Shown: piece after piece, positions 8,302 to 16,977 of the stretch
How positions within the stretch are numbered: the first letter of the stretch is position 1
Layout of the letters: the number at the start of each line of letters is the position of its first letter
DNA from: an uncultured Clostridia bacterium
GTDB taxonomy: Bacteria; Bacillota; Clostridia; Christensenellales; DTU072
Direction: 5' to 3'
Assembly: GCA_944363505.1 (NCBI GenBank)
Contig: CALVUD010000007.1
Location: 26,122 to 90,121 of the forward strand
DNA length: 64,000 bases
The notes under the pieces: generated by a model
What the model was told of the DNA's origin: nothing
Databases searched by the model: none
Seen by the model: the letters and a program-made list of their open reading frames with translations, nothing else
Program-made: the position numbers and the translations under genes

Positions 8302-9070
8302 AGACATCACCTTACGCGCGTTGGAAACGCTGAAAAACGTCGATCTGATCGCGTGCGAAGACACACGCCACACGATGATCCTGTTGAACGCCTACGGCAT
8401 TTCGAAGCCGCTTCTGAGCTGTTACCGCGGCAAAGAAAACGAAAGTGCCGAGAAAATCCTATCGGAACTCAACGCGGGAAAAGACGTGGCGCTGGTCTCA
8501 GACGCCGGCATGCCCGCGGTTTCCGATCCGGGCGCCGTGGTCGTGAACGAATGTATTTCAAAAGGTTTCCGCGTGGAATCCGTACCCGGTCCCAGCGCCG
8601 TAGCTACCGCGTTTTCGGTATCCGGAATATGTAAAACGGGATTCGTATTTTTAGGTTTCCTGCCCGACAAAGCGGGTGAAAGAAAACGTATCATAGAGCG
8701 TATGCCATCGTTTAAAATGCCCGTCGCCGTCTATGTCGCGCCGCACGACATAGACAAGATATTACCGGAACTCAAGGCGCAGGCGGGCATCGGGAGAATA
8801 ACCGTCGTCAAGGAACTGACCAAGATCTACGAAAGCGTCATTCGCATTGACGACGAAATCCCCGACTTCGACCGTCGCGGCGAATTCGTCGTCATAGCGG
8901 AGTCGAAGGAAACCGCATCGACCGATACCGACGCGTTCGAAGCGCTCGAAAAGCTGCTGAAAAACGGCGCCACTCCCTCATCTGCCGCAAAGGAGATCTC
9001 CGCGCTTTACGGCGTAAACAAAAACGCTCTTTACCGCCGCGCCCTCGAGTTTTGTTCCGAAAAGCGATAG
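8255..9070 (+). CDS. rsmI: 16S rRNA (cytidine1402-2'-O)-methyltransferase
   Basis: 271 aa. N-terminus LFVVGTPIGNLKDITLRALETL is typical of RsmI. Overlaps the preceding gene by 47 nt. Confidence 0.9.
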   Translation: MSATLFVVGTPIGNLKDITLRALETLKNVDLIACEDTRHTMILLNAYGISKPLLSCYRGKENESAEKILSELNAGKDVALVSDAGMPAVSDPGAVVVNECISKGFRVESVPGPSAVATAFSVSGICKTGFVFLGFLPDKAGERKRIIERMPSFKMPVAVYVAPHDIDKILPELKAQAGIGRITVVKELTKIYESVIRIDDEIPDFDRRGEFVVIAESKETASTDTDAFEALEKLLKNGATPSSAAKEISALYGVNKNALYRRALEFCSEKR

Positions 9071-9126
9071 TCTAAAACCGGTCGTGTCGTCTGAATTGAC
9101 GTCTAATACGTTGATTGGCTAAAATT

Positions 9127-9333
9127 TCAGTAATCCTTGCGCCCCGTAAGGTAATCCAGGTCTTCGCCGAAATAGTCGGCTATCTTACACAGATTTTCCA
9201 AACCGATCTCTCGCTGGCATAAAATATAGCGCGATAAAGTTTGTTGCGGGATCTTTAACTTTTTTGCAACGGAATTTATGCTTTCGTTTCCTATTGTTTC
9301 TTTTAGCCGTTCAGCAAATTTTTCCACATACAT
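9127..9333 (-). CDS. XRE-family helix-turn-helix transcriptional regulator
   Basis: 68 aa. HTH segment SINSVAKKLKIPQQTLSRYILCQREIGLENLCKIADYF. AT-rich codon usage. Confidence 0.85.
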   Translation of the reverse strand: MYVEKFAERLKETIGNESINSVAKKLKIPQQTLSRYILCQREIGLENLCKIADYFGEDLDYLTGRKDY

Positions 9334-9345
9334 TCTGAAATTATG

Positions 9346-9390
9346 TTACACCAAACGGTGTTTAATTCTTGACATTACACCAAACGGTGT
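9346..9390. promoter_or_regulatory. Twin palindromic operators in the divergent XRE/DUF4352 control region
   Basis: TTACACCAAACGGTGT occurs twice (9346-9361 and 9375-9390), each with the dyad ACACC-N4-GGTGT, 29 bp apart. TTGACA lies at 9369-9374 and an extended -10, TGgTATAAT, at 9399-9407. On the minus strand CATAAT lies 6 nt before the XRE ATG. Confidence 0.7.
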
Positions 9391-9427
9391 GATATGCTTG
9401 GTATAATTTATGTGGGGAGGTAAATCC

Positions 9428-10072
9428 GTGTCAACCGATATCGAAGAATTCACTACAAACGAAACAGCCGTAAACACTTCAAGCTCAACAAATCCGAACA
9501 AACAGAATAAAAATTCAAACAAGAAAAATTTTTATAAAAAATGGTGGTTTTGGGTGATAATTGCTGTCGTGGCAGCAATCATAATCGGGGCTGCCGCAGG
9601 AAGCGCGGACGGTAACGGGGGCGACGAAATTCAAGATCATGAAAACGTCAATTCAAGCGAAGCCTGGTACATATGCGATAACGCGACCAACAGTTCTGAT
9701 ATTGTTTTCAAAGTAAATTCCGTGCAAAACACTCAATTTGTCGGAAGCGGCATACTTTCGGAAAGCACCTCAAATAATTTCGCTATTGTAAATATTTCCA
9801 TCAGCAACAATAGCGACAAACCGTTTTCCGCCAACCCGAATAATTTTAATTTAGTATTAAACGGCAAGAAATATAATTATCATAGTGCAACATACTATCT
9901 CGACAACGGAATGTCAAGCCAGGACGATATAAATCCCGGCATTACGAAAACGTACAGAATAGTTTTCGAAGTTCCCACGTCGACCTTAAATGACACCTAC
10001 ACTTTGGTTTGCGGCAACAACTACTCATTGCCGTGGAAGGACATCGAAATACTGCTTAAAGAAAGAAGCTGA
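9428..10072 (+). CDS. DUF4352-like membrane-anchored protein
   Basis: A GTG start at 9428 sits 7 nt after SD GGGGAGG; the ORF-track start is 9410. The protein has an N/K-rich N-terminus, one TM helix (WWFWVIIAVVAAIIIGAAAG) and a C-terminal beta-sandwich-type pattern (FAIVNISISNNSDKPF...INPGITKTYRIVFEVP). AT-rich. Confidence 0.65.
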   Translation: MSTDIEEFTTNETAVNTSSSTNPNKQNKNSNKKNFYKKWWFWVIIAVVAAIIIGAAAGSADGNGGDEIQDHENVNSSEAWYICDNATNSSDIVFKVNSVQNTQFVGSGILSESTSNNFAIVNISISNNSDKPFSANPNNFNLVLNGKKYNYHSATYYLDNGMSSQDDINPGITKTYRIVFEVPTSTLNDTYTLVCGNNYSLPWKDIEILLKERS

Positions 10073-10101
10073 GTCTTTTCTATCATCATTACGATAAAGC
10101 G

Positions 10102-10129
10102 AAAAGTCCGAGAAAAAATCGGACTTTTT
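10102..10129 (+). terminator. Rho-independent terminator of the DUF4352 gene
   Basis: AAAAGTCCGA-GAAAAAA-TCGGACTTTTTC. Confidence 0.75.
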
Positions 10130-10179
10130 CATTGCTCAAGATATAATAAGTTTTTATCTTCAATATAATCTCGCGCGCC
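10102..10179. repeat. Repeat R-B, copy 1 (terminator plus spacer downstream of the DUF4352 gene)
   Basis: Aligns with 10515-10599. Shared blocks are AAAAG(T/C)CCGAGA...TCGGACT, TAATAAGTTTTTA, TCAATA and CTCGCGCGC. Confidence 0.65.
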
Positions 10180-10220
10180 ATGATATGCCCTATCACGCTT
10201 TTGCATTTACAACGCGCTAT

Positions 10221-10310
10221 GGCAGCAATTCGGAACAGATTTTTCGGAACGATCGGACGAAACGGCGAGGAAAGCGTACGAACGTACTCGACCGAGCCGC
10301 CGCTTTAAGG
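10221..10310. repeat. Element X, degenerate unit B1
   Basis: Shares TATGGCAGC.ATT.GGAA, AAACGGCG and CCGAGCCG, in the same order as copies A and B2. The rest has diverged. Confidence 0.5.
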
Positions 10311-10324
10311 TACGATAAAAGTCA

Positions 10325-10479
10325 ATATATTTCGTTTAATTAGCTGATTCAGGAGTGCTTAGGCAGCGGATTGCCTCGGAATTTCAGAAATGTTTGCTTA
10401 AAACGGCGCCGAGCCGTATCGACATACGCGACGGCGGCGTTTTACGGAAACAGGCTGAAATAACGGGGTAAGGCGCGAC
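10325..10479. repeat. Element X, copy B2
   Basis: The core 10362-10479 matches 6239-6356 at 88/118 positions without gaps (hand count). Confidence 0.8.
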
Positions 10480-10514
10480 GAAGATATTTCGCGCGCTTCG
10501 ATTCTATCCTTATG

Positions 10515-10546
10515 AAAAAAGCCCGAGAGAAGCTCTCGGACTATTT
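10515..10546 (-). terminator. ilvE terminator
   Basis: The minus-strand RNA is GUCCGAGAG-CUUC-UCUCGGGC followed by U6. Confidence 0.75.
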
Positions 10547-10599
10547 CTTAACTATGGTTTTAATAAGTTTTTAACCTCAATAAATATTTCTCGCGCGCG
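10515..10599. repeat. Repeat R-B, copy 2 (terminator plus spacer downstream of ilvE)
   Basis: See 10102-10179. It ends in the near-palindrome ATATTTCTCGCGCGCGAAATAT (10584-10605), next to the ilvE stop. Confidence 0.65.
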
Positions 10600-10609
10600 A
10601 AATATCAAT

Positions 10610-11665
10610 TTAATTGACGTGCACTACCCACCCGAACGGATCGGCATAACGTCCCGTCTGGATACCTGTCAGTTTGTCGTACAGGAACGCGGTGATCTTG
10701 CCCATTTCGAAGTTGTTGATGACCATGTCTTCGCCGTCGATACCCAGAACGCCTACGGGGCTGATGACAGCCGCGGTACCGGAACCGAACGCCTCGTTCA
10801 TATGTCCGTTCTTTATAGCGTTGCGGATGTCGTCGACGCTGATACGGCACTCTTCCACGGGCATACCTTCGTGTTCGAGCACTCTGATAACGGAATCTCT
10901 GGTAATGCCGGGAAGTATAGAACCTACAAGCGCGGGAGTTTTCACTACGCCGTCGAACACGAAGAACATATTCATCGCGCCCACTTCCTCAACATACTTT
11001 TTCTCTTTCGCGTCCAACCAGAGCACCTGTTCGTAGCCGTGCTTGTTGGCTATGTCGCCCGCGAGCAGGCTTGCGGCGTAGTTGCCCATACATTTTGCCT
11101 CGCCCGTGCCGCCCAAAGGCGCGCGAACGTATTCGTTTTCGATCATTATCTTCGTCGGGGTCAGACCGCTTTCGTAATAGCTTCCGACAGGCGACAAAAT
11201 GATAAAGAAACGGTAAGTGTGTCCGGGATGCACGCCGAGCATGGGATCGGTCGCTATCATCGTGGGACGGATATAAAGCGCGGTGCCGGGCTCGGTGGGG
11301 ATCCAGTCCTCGTCTATCATTATAAGCTTTTTGAGGTTTTCTACGGTTTCCTCGACGTCCAGAGCGGGCATGCAAAGTCTTGCCGCGGAACGGTTCATGC
11401 GTCTGAAATTGTCATAGGGACGGAACATAGTTATTTTGCCGTCCTTGTTCTTGTACGCTTTCAGACCTTCGAAGATCCCCTGTCCGTAATGCAATACGCA
11501 GGTCGACGGATCGAGAGCGAAAGGCTGATAAGGCATTATTTCGGGTTCCAGCCATTTGCCGTCCTTATAGTCCATGACGAGCATATGGTCGGTAAAATAC
11601 TTTCCGAAACCGAGCTTCGAATAATCGGGCTTAGCCTTTTTTTGCTTCGTGAGAGTGATTTTCAT
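10610..11665 (-). CDS. ilvE: branched-chain amino acid aminotransferase
   Basis: 351 aa. Fold-type IV PLP enzyme pattern, including GTGEAKCMGNYAASL. Confidence 0.92.
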   Translation of the reverse strand: MKITLTKQKKAKPDYSKLGFGKYFTDHMLVMDYKDGKWLEPEIMPYQPFALDPSTCVLHYGQGIFEGLKAYKNKDGKITMFRPYDNFRRMNRSAARLCMPALDVEETVENLKKLIMIDEDWIPTEPGTALYIRPTMIATDPMLGVHPGHTYRFFIILSPVGSYYESGLTPTKIMIENEYVRAPLGGTGEAKCMGNYAASLLAGDIANKHGYEQVLWLDAKEKKYVEEVGAMNMFFVFDGVVKTPALVGSILPGITRDSVIRVLEHEGMPVEECRISVDDIRNAIKNGHMNEAFGSGTAAVISPVGVLGIDGEDMVINNFEMGKITAFLYDKLTGIQTGRYADPFGWVVHVN

Positions 11666-11669
11666 AATA

Positions 11670-12299
11670 CTACCTCGTGTATGTAAAGTATTTTGATTTT
11701 AGGTGTTCTATCTTGTCGGGTCTGCCTTCGGTCAAAGCTTTGAAACCCGACTCGAAACGCTCCCTGTTCGTAGCGGGAACGGCTATCGTTGCCGTAGTAC
11801 GCTCTGCATAGTTTATGTCGTATATCCGCGCTTCGGTCGCCTTTAACAAAGAATCCAGCAGCCTGAACTCCGAATATTCCAATTCCACGCGATAGATCTC
11901 CGACAAACGGAAACGCGCTACCGAGGCGGCGTCGGCAGCAAGAGTTGCGGCATGCGAATACGCCTGTACCAAGCCTCCCGCGCCCAGTTTGATACCGCCG
12001 AAGTACCTGGTTACGACGATGACTGTGTTGTAAAGTTCCTTCTTTTTCAGCACGTTCAGTATCGGCATACCCGAAGTGCCGTGCGGCTCTCCGTCGTCCG
12101 AAAAACGGAACGCGCCCGATTCGGGACTGCCCGTAACCGCATAAGGGTGATGGGTGGCGTCGGGATGCATCTTCTTTACCGCCGCAACGTATTCCAGCCC
12201 CGCTTCCACTCCGTCGGCGGGCGCGATACGCGCTATGAAACGGCTGCGGCTGATTTCGTACTCGACCCTGGATTCCTTTTCGGCCCCCGAGTACTCCAT
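11670..12299 (-). CDS. yigZ: YigZ/IMPACT family protein
   Basis: 209 aa. SRFIARIAP...HHPYAV...FSDDGEPHGTSGMPIL is typical of UPF0029/YigZ. The start overlaps the tyrS stop (TAATG). Confidence 0.85.
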   Translation of the reverse strand: MEYSGAEKESRVEYEISRSRFIARIAPADGVEAGLEYVAAVKKMHPDATHHPYAVTGSPESGAFRFSDDGEPHGTSGMPILNVLKKKELYNTVIVVTRYFGGIKLGAGGLVQAYSHAATLAADAASVARFRLSEIYRVELEYSEFRLLDSLLKATEARIYDINYAERTTATIAVPATNRERFESGFKALTEGRPDKIEHLKSKYFTYTR

Positions 12300-13537
12300 T
12301 ACTTGACGCTTACTTTCAGGTGCTGTTTTTTACCCTTGTGCAGGATAAATCCGTCTTTCAGCATTTCGGCGGGGATCTCCGCGTCGAAAGAGGCCACTTT
12401 CTCGTCGTTTAAACGTATTCCTCCGCCCTCGATAAGGCGTTTGGCTTCGCCCCTGCTTTTGCTCAGTCCCAGCTCCACCAACGCGTCCGCGACCTTTGTC
12501 GTCGAAGCGGAGATCGTGCCTTCGGGCATCTCGTCGCCGCCGCCGAACGCGCCTTCCGCCTGGCGTTTGGCTTTGTCGGCTTCTTCCTCGCCGTGTACTA
12601 TTTTGGTAACTTCGTATGCCAGGCGCGCCTTGGCGGCGTTTATCCTGCCGTCAAAATGCTTTATGCCCTGTTCGTCCGTAGTGTAGCAAGCGCACATTTC
12701 TCCGATCTCGTCCATGGGCAGGAACGTCAGCAGTCCCAGGCATTTTTCGACGTCGTTGTCGTCGATATTGCGCCAGTATTGATAAAAATCGTAAGGGGGA
12801 GTCTTTTCCTTGTCCAGCCACACGGCGCCGTTCATCGTCTTGCCCATCTTTTTGCCTTCGCTGGTAAGTAGCAGCGAGAACGTCATCGCGAACGCGGGCG
12901 CCTGTTCTTTTCTGCGGATAAGGTCCACTCCCGCAAGCATGTTCGACCACTGATCGTCGCCGCCGCACTCAAGCACCACGCCGTATTTGCGGTAAAGCAC
13001 CAAAAAGTCGTATGCCTGCATCAGCATATAGTTGAATTCCAAAAAGCTCAGACCCTTTTCCATTCTGGTCTTGAAACATTCCGCGGTCAGCATGCGGTTG
13101 ACGGTGAACATCGAGCCGACTTCGCGCAGAAAATCGATATAGTTGAGATCCAGCAGCCAGTCGCCGTTATCCACCATCATCGCGGCGTTTTCGCCCTCGA
13201 AGCTGAAAAATCTGGACATCTGCTTTTTGAAGCACGCCACGTTGTGCGCTATGGTTTCGCGCGTCATCATGGAACGCATGTCCGTTCTGCCGGAAGGGTC
13301 GCCTATCATACCTGTACCGCCGCCCAAAAGCACTATGGGTTTATGTCCCGCACGTTGCATATGCGCCATCGCCATCATTGCGAGGAAATGTCCGACGTGC
13401 AGACTGTCTGCCGTAGGGTCGAATCCGACATAGAAAGATACGCTCTGTTTCCCGAGAAGTTCGTACAGCTCGTCGCCGTAGACGGTCTGTTTGATGAATC
13501 CGCGTTCGGTAAGCGTATCGAAAACGTTTTTTGTCAT
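12299..13537 (-). CDS. tyrS: tyrosine--tRNA ligase
   Basis: 412 aa. HIGH-type motif (SLHVGHF), KMSKS-type motif (KMGKT) and a C-terminal S4-like domain. Confidence 0.95.
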   Translation of the reverse strand: MTKNVFDTLTERGFIKQTVYGDELYELLGKQSVSFYVGFDPTADSLHVGHFLAMMAMAHMQRAGHKPIVLLGGGTGMIGDPSGRTDMRSMMTRETIAHNVACFKKQMSRFFSFEGENAAMMVDNGDWLLDLNYIDFLREVGSMFTVNRMLTAECFKTRMEKGLSFLEFNYMLMQAYDFLVLYRKYGVVLECGGDDQWSNMLAGVDLIRRKEQAPAFAMTFSLLLTSEGKKMGKTMNGAVWLDKEKTPPYDFYQYWRNIDDNDVEKCLGLLTFLPMDEIGEMCACYTTDEQGIKHFDGRINAAKARLAYEVTKIVHGEEEADKAKRQAEGAFGGGDEMPEGTISASTTKVADALVELGLSKSRGEAKRLIEGGGIRLNDEKVASFDAEIPAEMLKDGFILHKGKKQHLKVSVK

Positions 13538-13630
13538 GGAAAAATCGCTCCTTGATTACTTTTATAAAAGTTTATCACCAAAAAAAAGTTTTAGCAAGTT
13601 ATTTAAATTAAATTATCGTATCCGCGCGGT

Positions 13631-16168
13631 TTAAGTACGTATGCGTTCGTTTACCGAGGAAATTTTTACGTCTTTTGCCGACGCCGCTATCGTCAGCCAG
13701 CACCCTATAAACAGCGCGAGCGCCGCCGCCGCGACCGCCAGAAGCCATACGGGGAAGGCATCGAGCGCCAGATATTTGCCTATAATCGAGCCGAGCGAGG
13801 GCACCAGAAGGTTTATGCCGTAACCTATCACGAAGCCCGTCAATACGCCAGCACCGCCGGCTATCAGCCCTTCGCCCAAAGAAAAGCGCATATAATCGGA
13901 AGAGGACATTCCCGATATTCTGTACAGTTTGAATTCGTTTCTTCGATCGAAGAACGTAACTGCGGAAATATTTACTATCCCTATCACCGCCACCAGATAA
14001 ACGAGAGTCTGCAAAAGGCTGAGGAGAGAACTTACTCCGTCAAGCGACGACGAGGCGGCATACGCCCATTCGTCGAATTCCAGCGCAAACGCCAGCGGAA
14101 TGTTCAGTTTTTCGACGTTGGATCTTAAATTCACGAATACTTCGTTTGCGTCGACGCCCTCCGCGACGTCGATAAGATAGGTACACGATTCGCGTATCTC
14201 GGCGATCACCGAGTATTTGACGTAACCCACGCGGTCGTATTCGGTAACGGTCGTATCCTCGCCCACCACTGTGAAAGTGCGGACGCGGTTTGCGTAGTCC
14301 TTGTCTGACGGAGCAACCGTTATTGTGTCGCCCGTTTTCAGCCCGTAACGGAGCATCATGTCCGTGGACAGCACTATGGGATTTTCGGTCGCGTTCCACC
14401 TTTCGGCAAGAGCTTCGTCGTCGCTCATTATGCAATGATACAGCGTTTCCATATCCTCTACGCCGTATAACGTCCATTCTTCGGAATCGGAGCCCGGCAG
14501 ATAATAATCGAAATAATTGAATCTTCCCGACCACTCCACGCCGTAGGTCGAATCGACGGCGGCATCAAGGTCCGATACGGTATGATCACCGAAGTCCCTA
14601 CCCACGTTCACCACGACGTCGGCGCGGTACCGGGTTTCGAAAGGCACTATCGCCGACTGAACGAGACCCACGACCTCGACCACCAGGAAGGAAAACGCCA
14701 CCACTACCGAAACGAGCGTGGTTACAGTACCCATGGCGCGGTTGCGGGTGATGCCCGCGCCCGAAAGCGCGAACGCTCCGCCGCGGCGGTTACGTTTTGT
14801 CAGATACGCGAAAAAGCGTATGATGTGCGGCACCGCCGCATACGCGAAAAACGCAGCCGCCGCGACCAAAGCCACGGCCGATACCGCAAGCGCGATCCCT
14901 TCCGTTAAAACGTAAGCGGTAACTGCGCCCGCCAATATCAGCAAAGCTATGAATACGGTATAGGGCTTATGCGCCCTGCCGAACCTGAAAGATTCCGAGG
15001 TCAGTTCCCTGACAGTTTTTTTACTTACAGAGATTACGGGTCCCGAAGTAGCGATAAAGGTTACCGCTACCGCGATCAAGAAGCTGAGAACGTATTTCCA
15101 GACTTCGTATGTAACCGCGTTTGCGGCGGCGGGGATCAGTATGTTTGCCGCAAGCGTCATCGCGAATCTGCCGAGTATCAGTCCCACCGCGCCGCCGATT
15201 ATCAGATAGAAAACCACCTCGCCGAACATGATCCCCGCGACCTCAGCGGGAGTGGCGCCCGCGGCTTTGAACACGACCATTTCGCTCATACGGTTGCGTG
15301 AAATTATCAGGTACGAAGTAAACAGTATCAGCGACATCGTAACTATCAGAAACGCCAATCCGACCGCGAGCAGCAGCGTGTTGTTTTTGACGATATTCAT
15401 GACCTCGCCCATGTTGTTGCCCTCGTCCACGCTGACGGCGGGGAAAGCCTCTTCGAAAAACGGCAGGTATTCCTCGTACATTCCGGGTTCGGCAAACGTA
15501 ACGTATGCCGCGGTTATCGCGCCGACGTTGCCGACGGCGGTGAAGTCCACCAGCATGTTCACGTCCGCCGCCGAGGAAAAGATCCCCTCGTTCACGGCAA
15601 TGTACCTTACCAGCAGGCTGGTGTAACTTTCGTACTGGGGCAGATAGATCTCGACGACGTCGCCCGCCGAAATATCGTTTTGCTCTGCAAACCTTTTCCC
15701 TATGACCACGGGCGAATACTGACTGATCTTTTCGGCGTATTCCGCTTCGCTTGCCGCGTCCTCGACGGAATAGACGTCCGCATACCTGAGCGGGTGCCTG
15801 TTAAGATAATCAGACATGTCCGTCGCCTCGATAAGCACCGTTTTGGAGCGCGTTTCCGTTTTCAGCACGCTGGTAGCCTTATAAAAATAGCTGACGTCCG
15901 TAACCGTGCCCTCCGGCAGCGTGGAAATAATGCTTTCAGCCCTTGACAGGCTGAAAGTGGTGTTGGTATTGAAATTGGAGCCTATCAGCATGTCCGCGCC
16001 CTGAGCCACGCGGTCGTATTCCGCCATATTGACGTTATAGAATACGTCGGACATCGAAAACGCTATGAAGATCATAGCAGTAACGACGGCAATCGTGATA
16101 ACGATGACCGCCATCTGTCCTCTGGATTCGTCCGCGCTGCGGATAATGTGCCTTAAAAAAGCCTTCAT
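13631..16168 (-). CDS. ABC transporter permease with two FtsX-like modules (MacB/YbbP type)
   Basis: 845 aa. Two blocks of TM helices are separated by large extracytoplasmic segments. ATGA overlap with the upstream ATPase gene. Confidence 0.85.
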   Translation of the reverse strand: MKAFLRHIIRSADESRGQMAVIVITIAVVTAMIFIAFSMSDVFYNVNMAEYDRVAQGADMLIGSNFNTNTTFSLSRAESIISTLPEGTVTDVSYFYKATSVLKTETRSKTVLIEATDMSDYLNRHPLRYADVYSVEDAASEAEYAEKISQYSPVVIGKRFAEQNDISAGDVVEIYLPQYESYTSLLVRYIAVNEGIFSSAADVNMLVDFTAVGNVGAITAAYVTFAEPGMYEEYLPFFEEAFPAVSVDEGNNMGEVMNIVKNNTLLLAVGLAFLIVTMSLILFTSYLIISRNRMSEMVVFKAAGATPAEVAGIMFGEVVFYLIIGGAVGLILGRFAMTLAANILIPAAANAVTYEVWKYVLSFLIAVAVTFIATSGPVISVSKKTVRELTSESFRFGRAHKPYTVFIALLILAGAVTAYVLTEGIALAVSAVALVAAAAFFAYAAVPHIIRFFAYLTKRNRRGGAFALSGAGITRNRAMGTVTTLVSVVVAFSFLVVEVVGLVQSAIVPFETRYRADVVVNVGRDFGDHTVSDLDAAVDSTYGVEWSGRFNYFDYYLPGSDSEEWTLYGVEDMETLYHCIMSDDEALAERWNATENPIVLSTDMMLRYGLKTGDTITVAPSDKDYANRVRTFTVVGEDTTVTEYDRVGYVKYSVIAEIRESCTYLIDVAEGVDANEVFVNLRSNVEKLNIPLAFALEFDEWAYAASSSLDGVSSLLSLLQTLVYLVAVIGIVNISAVTFFDRRNEFKLYRISGMSSSDYMRFSLGEGLIAGGAGVLTGFVIGYGINLLVPSLGSIIGKYLALDAFPVWLLAVAAAALALFIGCWLTIAASAKDVKISSVNERIRT

Positions 16169-16953
16169 TCGTTACCGACCGTGTATTTGTCCGTTTTTTC
16201 CGTTCCCGTATCGGAACTTTCCGTATCCGTCGCACACGCCGCGCCGCTTTCGGCTTGCGCTTCAGAACCGTCGCTTTTCTGACGTGAGTCGCTTAAGGTT
16301 ATCGCGCCGTCCCTGATCGAAATGATGACGTTGCCGAAGCCCGCGTTGAACTCCGAATGCGTAACCTGAACGATGGTGGCGCCCATTTCCTCGTTGATCT
16401 TTTTCAAAAGTTTCATTATCTCGAGGCTGGAACGGCTGTCGAGGTTACCCGTCGGCTCGTCCAAAAGTATCACCGACGGATCGAAAATAAGTCCGCGCGC
16501 GATCGCGACGCGTTGCTGTTCTCCGCCCGACATCTTTGACGGCAGTTTTCCCTTGCAACCGTCGATACCCAGATATTTCATCAGTTCGTCCGCTTTTTTC
16601 CTGTGTTCCGCGCTTACTCTGCCCGCAAGCATTACGGGAAGCAATACGTTTTCTTCCGCCGTGAGATACGGCGCAAGATTGAAAAACTGGAAAACGAACC
16701 CTATCTCCGTACGTCTCAGCAAAGCGAGTTCTTTTTCGCTCGCGGCGGAAATTTCCCTGTCGCCCAGGAACACTTTACCCGAAGTGGGTTTGTCGATGCC
16801 GCCCAGAATGGTCAGCAAAGTGGATTTGCCCGACCCCGAAGAACCGACTATCGACACGAAATCGCCCCTGTCTATCTTAAGGCTGACGCCGTTCAGAACG
16901 CGCTGACTCCCGAATTCCTTGACTATGTTTTCCGCTCTCAATACCTCGTTCAT
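16165..16953 (-). CDS. ABC transporter ATP-binding protein (MacB/LolD family) with an acidic C-terminal tail
   Basis: Walker A GSSGSGKST, signature MSGGEQQRVAIAR, Walker B ILLDEPTGNLD. SD GAGGAA. Confidence 0.92.
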   Translation of the reverse strand: MNEVLRAENIVKEFGSQRVLNGVSLKIDRGDFVSIVGSSGSGKSTLLTILGGIDKPTSGKVFLGDREISAASEKELALLRRTEIGFVFQFFNLAPYLTAEENVLLPVMLAGRVSAEHRKKADELMKYLGIDGCKGKLPSKMSGGEQQRVAIARGLIFDPSVILLDEPTGNLDSRSSLEIMKLLKKINEEMGATIVQVTHSEFNAGFGNVIISIRDGAITLSDSRQKSDGSEAQAESGAACATDTESSDTGTEKTDKYTVGNE

Positions 16954-16977
16954 CTATATTCCTCTGTAGTTCTGTAT

